Below the pieces are notes generated by a model. The model was not told the DNA's origin. It saw nothing but the letters and a program-made list of their open reading frames with translations, and did no database searches. Of a stretch of 47,857 nt of DNA, positions 40,461-47,857 are shown piece by piece. The translations under genes were made by a program, and so were the position numbers. Each line of letters starts with the position of its first letter. Position 1 is the stretch's first letter. Source of the stretch: an uncultured Acidimicrobiaceae bacterium (GTDB taxonomy: Bacteria > Actinomycetota > Acidimicrobiia > Acidimicrobiales > RAAP-2); the NCBI GenBank assembly GCA_937881055.1, contig CALGFJ010000061.1:1-47857 (forward strand), written 5' to 3'.

Positions 40461-41884
40461 CGATGCCCGACGGGTGGGAGATGGTGGTCGGGCTCGAGGT
40501 TCACACCGAGCTCAAGACCAACACCAAGATGTTCTGTGGCTGCGCCAACACCTTCGGCGCCGATCCGAACACGAACGTCTGTCCAATCTGTCTCGGGTTG
40601 CCCGGTTCGTTGCCGGTACTCAACGTGCGCGCGGTCGAATTGGCGATGGCGATCGGCACCGCCCTGCACAGTACGATCTCGCCCTCGACGTTTCACCGCA
40701 AGAACTACTTCTATCCCGACATGCCCAAGGACTTCCAGATCAGTCAGTACGACCTGCCCATCAACGCTGGTGGGTACCTCGACCTGCCCGACGGTTCACG
40801 GGTCTCCATTGAACGGGCTCACCTCGAAGAGGACACCGGCAAATCGACCCACCTCGGGGGCAGCGGTCGCATCCACGGGGCCGACCGGTCACTGGTTGAC
40901 TACAACCGCTCCGGCGTGCCCCTGGTCGAGATCGTCTCGGGACCCGACATTCGAAGTTCGGCCCAAGCGCGCACGTACGCCGCGGAGTTGCGCGGCATCT
41001 TGATCGCCACCGGCGCCTCCGACGGGCGGATGGAAGAGGGCTCGATGCGCATCGACGCCAACGTTTCGGTGCGCCGCTCGGGCGAGGCGCTCGGGACCCG
41101 GTGCGAGATCAAGAACTTGAACTCGCTGCGCAGTCTCACGCGCGCCATCGACTTCGAGGCGGCGCGACAAGTCGAATTGATCGAAGGCGGCGGCACCGTG
41201 CGCCAAGAGACGCGTCACTGGGACGAGAACCTCGGTTCGACCTCCACGATGCGCGTGAAGGAAGAGGCCGACGACTACCGCTACTTCCGAGAGCCCGACC
41301 TCGTCGACCTCGCGCCGGACCAGGCGTGGCAGGACCGCGTTCGCGACGCGTTGAAGCCGATGCCCGCCGAGCGCCGTGCGGCATTGAAGGGTCGTCTCGC
41401 CAATCCGAACCCGGCGTTGCTCGACGCGCTCGAAGTGGTGATCGACCTGGGCCTCGACTCCTACGTCATCGCCGCGCTCGACGCCGGCGTCGAGCCGGAC
41501 CTCGCCTTCGCTCGCGCCGCGAATGAAATCGCGAGTGACCTCGACGGCGTTGGTAACTTGAGCGCCGAATCCTACGTGGCGACATTACGGATGGAGCAAG
41601 GTGGCGACCTCTCCGCCACGCAGGCCAAATCGGTGCTCGCGGAGATCCTCGCCAACGGGGGAGAGCCGGCGTCCGTTGCACAGAGCAAGGGCTTCGAGCG
41701 ACTCGCCTCGGGCGCTCTGGGCGAGGTCGTGGCCCGACTGATCGACGAGAACCCGGACGAGTGGGCGCGCTACCGTGCCGGCGATGAGAAGCTCGCGCAG
41801 TTCTTCATCGGCCAGGTCATGAAGCTCACGAAGGGTCAGGCGAACGGCAAAGACGTGATCGCCGAACTGCAAACTCGTCGCTGA
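40457..41884 (+). CDS. gatB: Asp/Glu-tRNA amidotransferase subunit B
   Basis: [34 protein letters not shown] and [10 protein letters not shown] motifs. Start is GTG 40457 (or ATG 40463). Confidence 0.97.
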   Translation: MTMPDGWEMVVGLEVHTELKTNTKMFCGCANTFGADPNTNVCPICLGLPGSLPVLNVRAVELAMAIGTALHSTISPSTFHRKNYFYPDMPKDFQISQYDLPINAGGYLDLPDGSRVSIERAHLEEDTGKSTHLGGSGRIHGADRSLVDYNRSGVPLVEIVSGPDIRSSAQARTYAAELRGILIATGASDGRMEEGSMRIDANVSVRRSGEALGTRCEIKNLNSLRSLTRAIDFEAARQVELIEGGGTVRQETRHWDENLGSTSTMRVKEEADDYRYFREPDLVDLAPDQAWQDRVRDALKPMPAERRAALKGRLANPNPALLDALEVVIDLGLDSYVIAALDAGVEPDLAFARAANEIASDLDGVGNLSAESYVATLRMEQGGDLSATQAKSVLAEILANGGEPASVAQSKGFERLASGALGEVVARLIDENPDEWARYRAGDEKLAQFFIGQVMKLTKGQANGKDVIAELQTRR

Positions 41885-41932
41885 CGGTAACTGCGACATC
41901 ATCTTCGATTCGAGACCAAGTAGTTTTTTCTT

Positions 41933-42952
41933 ATGCGCCGCCTTCCCCTCGTCGTCGTCGTTGCGGTCATACTGAGCGGCGCGGCGGCGAGCGTCGGGGC
42001 CGCGGACACGACCACCACGACGTCGGCGTCTTCGACGACCTCGACGACCTCGACGACCGTGCCGCACCGAAGGGTCGCCGCCTTGACGGGACTCGCGGAT
42101 CCGACGGCGGTCACGAAGCGACGTTCGGCGCTCACGATCAAGTTGGACAACACGCCCCAGGCGCACCCGCAGTACGGCATCAATGAGGCGGACGTCGTCT
42201 ACGAAGAGATCGTCGAAGGCGGTATCACTCGACTGGCCGCCATTTTCAACTCGAACCTCCCGACAAAGGTGGGTCCGGTGCGATCGGTTCGACGCACCGA
42301 CCGCGAGATCGTCTTTCCGATCGGCGGAATCTTCGCCTTTTCGGGGGGTGCCCAGTACGCCATCACCAGTATCGAGACCGCCCCGGTCACGCTCATCGAT
42401 CAATCGAACGCCGGGGCCGCGATGTTCCGTGACCCCACGCGACCGCCGCCCCACAACCTCTTCGCCAACGCGGCGTCGCTGATGAAAGAGGGCGGCAAGG
42501 TCCACCCACCACCGGCGCTCTTCACGTACGTGCCCCGACGTGCCCCCGCGGTGGGTGCGCCCGCCGGGTCCTTTACGGTGAACTTCGGGTCGGGCTTCGC
42601 CACGTCGTACCAGTGGGATCCCAAGACACGTACCTGGTTGCGATCGATATTCGGAGCCCCCGACGTGACGGCGACCGGCGTGCGCGTCGCGCCGACGAAC
42701 GTGATTGTGATGAGCGTGAAATACTACGGCGGGGTCGGCGTCGAGGGCTCCTACGCCCAGATGGTGGGCTCCGGTCCGGTCGAGGTCTTCTCCGACGGGC
42801 GGTTGCAGAAGGGCACGTGGTACCGCCGCAACATCCACCTGAAGACGGCGTACCGCTCAGCGTCGGGCAAAGTCATCGCGCTGCGTCCCGGTCAGACCTG
42901 GGTGGAACTCCTGGCGACCGCTGAGACGGTCAGCGTCTACGCGCACCCGTAG
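41933..42952 (+). CDS. Secreted DUF3048 (YerB-like) protein
   Basis: Signal peptide, Thr/Ser-rich linker, then IKLDN, ADVVYEEIVEGGITRL, GPVRSVR, PHNLF and PGQTWVE motifs. Confidence 0.85.
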   Translation: MRRLPLVVVVAVILSGAAASVGAADTTTTTSASSTTSTTSTTVPHRRVAALTGLADPTAVTKRRSALTIKLDNTPQAHPQYGINEADVVYEEIVEGGITRLAAIFNSNLPTKVGPVRSVRRTDREIVFPIGGIFAFSGGAQYAITSIETAPVTLIDQSNAGAAMFRDPTRPPPHNLFANAASLMKEGGKVHPPPALFTYVPRRAPAVGAPAGSFTVNFGSGFATSYQWDPKTRTWLRSIFGAPDVTATGVRVAPTNVIVMSVKYYGGVGVEGSYAQMVGSGPVEVFSDGRLQKGTWYRRNIHLKTAYRSASGKVIALRPGQTWVELLATAETVSVYAHP

Positions 42953-42996
42953 GCCGTTCGTCGCTGACCCCGCTGCGCGTTTCATAGACTTCCTCC

Positions 42997-44676
42997 ATGA
43001 CGAACCACCCCACCCCTCGAAGTACTGACGTCACCCTCGGCAAGAGCCGCGCCCCGGCGCGCTCAATGCTGCGCGCGATGGGCCTCACCGACGACGACAT
43101 GACCAAGCCCCAAATCGGTGTCGCGTCGAGCTGGAACGAGGTCACCCCGTGCAACCTGCCCCTCGACCGCTTGGCCAAGCGCACCAAGGTCGCCGTACGC
43201 GACGCCGGTGGTGTGCCGTTCGAATTCGTGACGATTGCGGTCTCCGACGGCATCTCCATGGGTCACGAGGGCATGCGCGCGTCGCTCGTCTCGCGCGAGG
43301 TGATCGCCGATTCGGTCGAGTGCGTCATGCACGCCGAGTGCTTCGACGCCATGGTGACGCTGGCCGGGTGCGACAAGTCGCTGCCCGGAATGCTGATGGC
43401 GGCCGCTCGCTTGGACGTGCCGAGCGTCTTCCTCTACGGCGGCACCATCATGCCCGGTGAACTCGACGGCCGGGCCCTGGATATCACCTCGGTCTTCGAG
43501 GCCGTAGGCGCCAACGCCGTCGGGGCGATCAGTGACGAGGAGTTGACGGCGATCGAGTGCGCGGCCTGTCCCGGTGAGGGGAGTTGTGCCGGGATGTTCA
43601 CCGCCAACACCATGGCGAGCGTGGGAGAGGCTCTGGGCATGTCGCTCCTCGGCAGCGCCTCGGTGCCCTCGATCGACCCGCGTCGCGACCAGTACGCCTA
43701 CGACTCGGGACTCGCGGTCCTGAATCTCCTGGATCGTGGCATCAGCGCACGTCAGGTGATGACCAAGGCGGCCTTCGAGAACGCGATCGCCGTCGTCATG
43801 GCCCTGGGCGGTTCCACCAACGCGGTATTGCATCTGCTCGCCATCGCCCACGAGGCCCGCGTTGACCTCGAGCTCGACGACTTCAATCGGGTGGCGGCCA
43901 GGGTTGCGCACATCGCCGACATGAAGCCGCACGGCCGCTTCCACATGAGCGACCTCGACCGGGTCGGCGGCGTGCCGGTCGTCCTCCAGCATCTGCTCGA
44001 CCACGGCCTCTTGAACGGTGACGTCATGACCGTGAGTGGCAAGACCATGGCCGAAAGCCTCGCGGACTATCAGGCAGCCGCGCCCGACGGCGAGGTCGTG
44101 CACGATCTCGCTCACCCGATCCACGACCGCGGCGGCATCGCCGTATTGCGAGGTTCGCTCGCGCCCAAGGGCGCGGTCGTCAAGGTGGCGGGAATCGACC
44201 AGCTGCAATTCAGTGGTCGCGCGCGCGTCTTTGACGGCGAGGAGTTCGCGCTCGCGGCGATCCTCGCCGACGAGATAGAGCCGGAGACGGTACTGGTGAT
44301 TCGCTACGAAGGCCCCAAGTCCGGTCCGGGCATGAGAGAGATGCTCATGGTGACCGGCGCGATGAAGGGTGTCGGCCGCGGTAGTGACTGCGCCTTGATC
44401 ACCGACGGTCGCTTCAGCGGCGGGACCCACGGTTTTTGCGTCGGGCACGTCGCACCCGAGGCGCTCGACGGAGGTCCGATCGCGCTCGTGCGCGACGGCG
44501 ACCGGATCACGATCGACGTCGAGACACTGTCGATCGACGTCGACGTCGACGCCGCCGAGCTCGCCGAACGAGCGAAGCACGTGGCACCCTTCGTCCCTCG
44601 CTACACGACCGGCGTCCTCGAAAAGTTCGCTCGCATGGCCCAGGGGGCTGAGAAGGGAGCGGTCACCACGAGGTAG
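42997..44676 (+). CDS. ilvD: Dihydroxy-acid dehydratase
   Basis: [32 protein letters not shown] and TDGRFSGG motifs. Confidence 0.97.
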   Translation: MTNHPTPRSTDVTLGKSRAPARSMLRAMGLTDDDMTKPQIGVASSWNEVTPCNLPLDRLAKRTKVAVRDAGGVPFEFVTIAVSDGISMGHEGMRASLVSREVIADSVECVMHAECFDAMVTLAGCDKSLPGMLMAAARLDVPSVFLYGGTIMPGELDGRALDITSVFEAVGANAVGAISDEELTAIECAACPGEGSCAGMFTANTMASVGEALGMSLLGSASVPSIDPRRDQYAYDSGLAVLNLLDRGISARQVMTKAAFENAIAVVMALGGSTNAVLHLLAIAHEARVDLELDDFNRVAARVAHIADMKPHGRFHMSDLDRVGGVPVVLQHLLDHGLLNGDVMTVSGKTMAESLADYQAAAPDGEVVHDLAHPIHDRGGIAVLRGSLAPKGAVVKVAGIDQLQFSGRARVFDGEEFALAAILADEIEPETVLVIRYEGPKSGPGMREMLMVTGAMKGVGRGSDCALITDGRFSGGTHGFCVGHVAPEALDGGPIALVRDGDRITIDVETLSIDVDVDAAELAERAKHVAPFVPRYTTGVLEKFARMAQGAEKGAVTTR

Positions 44677-44716
44677 CAGTCTTGTGCGCACGGGCCACAT
44701 GTGCTTAGATAAGGAC

Positions 44717-44770
44717 GTGACGACCCGTAACGACATTCTCGTGGTGGTAGTAGGCGCGCGGCGCCGGTAG
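44717..44770 (+). CDS. ilvB attenuator leader peptide (MTTRNDILVVVVGARRR)
   Basis: 17-codon ORF with an Ile-Leu-Val-Val-Val-Val run, just upstream of a terminator and ilvB. Confidence 0.85.
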   Translation: MTTRNDILVVVVGARRR

Positions 44771-44791
44771 TCACGCTCACACGTACTCCGG

Positions 44792-44819
44792 AGGCCTCCC
44801 AAACAAGGGAGGCCTTTTT
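44792..44819 (+). terminator. Attenuator terminator of ilvBNC
   Basis: AGGCCTCCC-aaacaa-GGGAGGCCT followed by TTTT. Confidence 0.85.
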
Positions 44820-44844
44820 GCTTATCTAAGAACAAAGGAACATT

Positions 44845-46560
44845 GTGCAACTCACAGGAGCGCAGGCACTGATCAGGAGCCTCGAGCAAGAAGGCGTCGA
44901 CACGATCTTCGGGCTGCCCGGCGGCGCCATCCTCCCGGTCTACGACCCGCTCCTCGACTCATCGATTCGCCACATCCTCGTGCGTCACGAACAGGGCGCC
45001 GGTCACATGGCCGAGGGCTACGCCCTGGCGACGGGACGTCCCGGTGTCGCGATGGTCACGAGCGGACCGGGCGCGACCAATATCGTCACGCCGATCGGCA
45101 ACGCCCACATGGATTCGACCCCGCTCGTCGTGATCACCGGACAAGTGGCGACCGCGTCGATCGGTACCGACGCGTTCCAGGAGTGCGATATCACCGGCAT
45201 CACCATGGGGATCACGAAGCACAACTTCCTCGTCCAATCGGCCCAAGAGATCCCACGGGCGGTCGCCGCGGCGTTCCACCTGGCGACCACTGGTCGCCCG
45301 GGCCCGGTGTTGATCGACGTGCCCAAGGACGTCACCCAGTCGATGATGGACTGGTGGTACCCGGCGAGCGTCGAGGAGTACGACCTGCCGGGGTACCGGC
45401 CCGAAGTCCCGCTCGACGAAGACGCGATCGCTCGCGCGGTCGCACTGATCAATGAATCCGAGCGTCCCGTACTCTACGTGGGCGGCGGCACTCTGAAGTC
45501 GCGCGCGGCTCAAGAGCTGCGGGCCTTCGCCGAGCGCACGGGCATACCGGTCGTAACTACGTTGATGGCCCGTGGGGCGTTCCCCGATTCCCACGACCTG
45601 CACCTCGGCATGCCCGGGATGCACGGCATGTACACCGCGGTCACCGCAATCCAGAAGTCTGACCTCCTGATCTCCCTCGGCGCCCGGTTCGATGACCGGG
45701 TCACGGGCAAGATCCCCGCCTTCGCCGCGGGCGCCAAGGTCATTCACGTCGACATCGATCGGGCCGAATTCAACAAGGTGCGCCACGCCGACGTCGCGAT
45801 ACAGAGCAACGTGGGTGCCGCCCTCACGGCCTTCGACGACGCCCGGGCGACGCCGAGGAACCTCGACGTGTGGTGGAAGACCATCAACGAATGGCGTGAC
45901 CAGTATCCGTTGGTCTACGACGAACCGTCGGCCGAGGGACCGCTGCGTCCCCAACACGTGATCGAAGCGATCGCCGCGAAGGCCGCACCGGGCACGATCG
46001 TCGCGGCCGGCGTGGGACAGCACCAGATGTGGGCGTCGCAGCACTGGAAGTTCGAAGAGCCCGGTACCTGGATCAACTCCGGGGGAGCGGGGACGATGGG
46101 TTTCGGCGTACCGGCCGCCATCGGCGCGAAGGTCGGTCGACCGGATCGCACCGTGTGGTGCATCGACGGCGACGGCTGTTTCCAGATGACGGCTCAGGAG
46201 TTGACCACGGCGCGATCCGAGGGCATTCCTATCAAGGTCGCGATCCTCAACAACGCCTACCTGGGAATGGTCCGTCAGTGGCAGGAGATGTTCTACGACG
46301 AACGCTATTCCGAGGTCTACCTCAGTGCCGACCTGCCGGACTACGTGAAGTGGGCCGAAGCGATGGGCTGCGTCGGCCTGCGCGCGCGCACGCTCAAAGA
46401 GATGCACGAAGTCATCGACGAGGCCAATTCGATCAACGACGTGCCCGTCGTCATTGACTTTCGAACCGACGCCGAAGAAAAGGTCTTCCCCATGGTCGCC
46501 GCGGGCGCGAGTAACGACGACATCATCGTGCATCCGCTGCAGCGAGGGGGCAATCAATGA
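44845..46560 (+). CDS. ilvB: Acetolactate synthase large subunit
   Basis: [34 protein letters not shown] and the ThDP motif DGDGCFQMT...LNN. Confidence 0.96.
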   Translation: MQLTGAQALIRSLEQEGVDTIFGLPGGAILPVYDPLLDSSIRHILVRHEQGAGHMAEGYALATGRPGVAMVTSGPGATNIVTPIGNAHMDSTPLVVITGQVATASIGTDAFQECDITGITMGITKHNFLVQSAQEIPRAVAAAFHLATTGRPGPVLIDVPKDVTQSMMDWWYPASVEEYDLPGYRPEVPLDEDAIARAVALINESERPVLYVGGGTLKSRAAQELRAFAERTGIPVVTTLMARGAFPDSHDLHLGMPGMHGMYTAVTAIQKSDLLISLGARFDDRVTGKIPAFAAGAKVIHVDIDRAEFNKVRHADVAIQSNVGAALTAFDDARATPRNLDVWWKTINEWRDQYPLVYDEPSAEGPLRPQHVIEAIAAKAAPGTIVAAGVGQHQMWASQHWKFEEPGTWINSGGAGTMGFGVPAAIGAKVGRPDRTVWCIDGDGCFQMTAQELTTARSEGIPIKVAILNNAYLGMVRQWQEMFYDERYSEVYLSADLPDYVKWAEAMGCVGLRARTLKEMHEVIDEANSINDVPVVIDFRTDAEEKVFPMVAAGASNDDIIVHPLQRGGNQ

Positions 46561-47084
46561 GCCCACCCGAACCGTACCTAGGCGAGGTGTCGCGAACGCC
46601 GGTGCGCCATCACATCCTCTCGGTGCTCGTCGAGAACAAGGCCGGCGTCCTGGCTCGCATCGCCGGACTGTTCGCCCGACGCGGCTTCAACATCTACTCC
46701 CTCGCGGTCGCCCCGGCGGAGAGTCACGCCCGGTTCTCTCGGGTCACGATCGTCGTCGACGCCGAATCGGCGCCGCTCGAACAGATCGTCGGACAGCTGG
46801 ACAAACTGGTCAACGTCGTGGCGATCACCGACCTCGCGCCTCGCGACGCGGTGGAGCGCGAACTGTTGCTCGCGACATTGCCCCTGGGCGACGAAAATCG
46901 TTCGGCGATGCTCGACACCATCACGCGCGCCGGCGCCGCGATCGTCGACGTCGGGCCGACGTCGGTGACCGTGATGCTTGCCGGGACCCCGGCCGCGTGC
47001 GACGAACTCGAAGCGGCCCTCGAAGGCTTCACCGAGGTCGAACTCCATCGAACCGGTCGCGTGGCACTCCCTAGACTTGCCTGA
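46557..47084 (+). CDS. ilvN: Acetolactate synthase small (regulatory) subunit
   Basis: [29 protein letters not shown] domain, ERELLL and RTGRVAL motifs. Confidence 0.95.
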   Translation: MSPPEPYLGEVSRTPVRHHILSVLVENKAGVLARIAGLFARRGFNIYSLAVAPAESHARFSRVTIVVDAESAPLEQIVGQLDKLVNVVAITDLAPRDAVERELLLATLPLGDENRSAMLDTITRAGAAIVDVGPTSVTVMLAGTPAACDELEAALEGFTEVELHRTGRVALPRLA

Positions 47085-47102
47085 GCGACGACGCTCCAAT
47101 AA

Positions 47103-47857
<755 letters not shown>

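Overview
High-GC chromosomal segment of an actinobacterium, most likely class Acidimicrobiia (inferred from the mnmA-ligA-gatCAB-ilvD-ilvBNC order, a type-2 IleRS, the actinobacterial ilvB leader peptide and many leaderless starts). It is mostly housekeeping and metabolism: an NCS1 permease, a DUF5666 protein, an orphan Tat-exported family-5 solute-binding protein, four MFS transporters, a polyamine/omega-amine catabolic cluster with an Lrp regulator and alanine dehydrogenase, ileS, marR/yceI, SSADH-iscS-mnmA-ligA, gatCAB and ilvD-ilvBNC. I found no tRNA, rRNA, CRISPR array, transposase, integrase or recognisable defence gene. The most notable observations are: (1) a PASTA-domain Hanks-type kinase that has lost its catalytic motifs (HRD->HGA, DFG->DIA) and is translationally coupled to a Cys/His-rich HIT-like protein; (2) an IleRS with the non-canonical GLHH signature linked to mupirocin hyper-resistance and no room for a T-box; (3) an unannotated 40-aa leaderless membrane microprotein; (4) a structured ~1 kb region around the DUF5666 gene with C-rich-loop hairpins and an 11-bp-period OmpR/PhoP-type box; (5) two mutually exclusive helices in the permease 5' leader. 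All functional calls come from motif recognition only; no database search was run.
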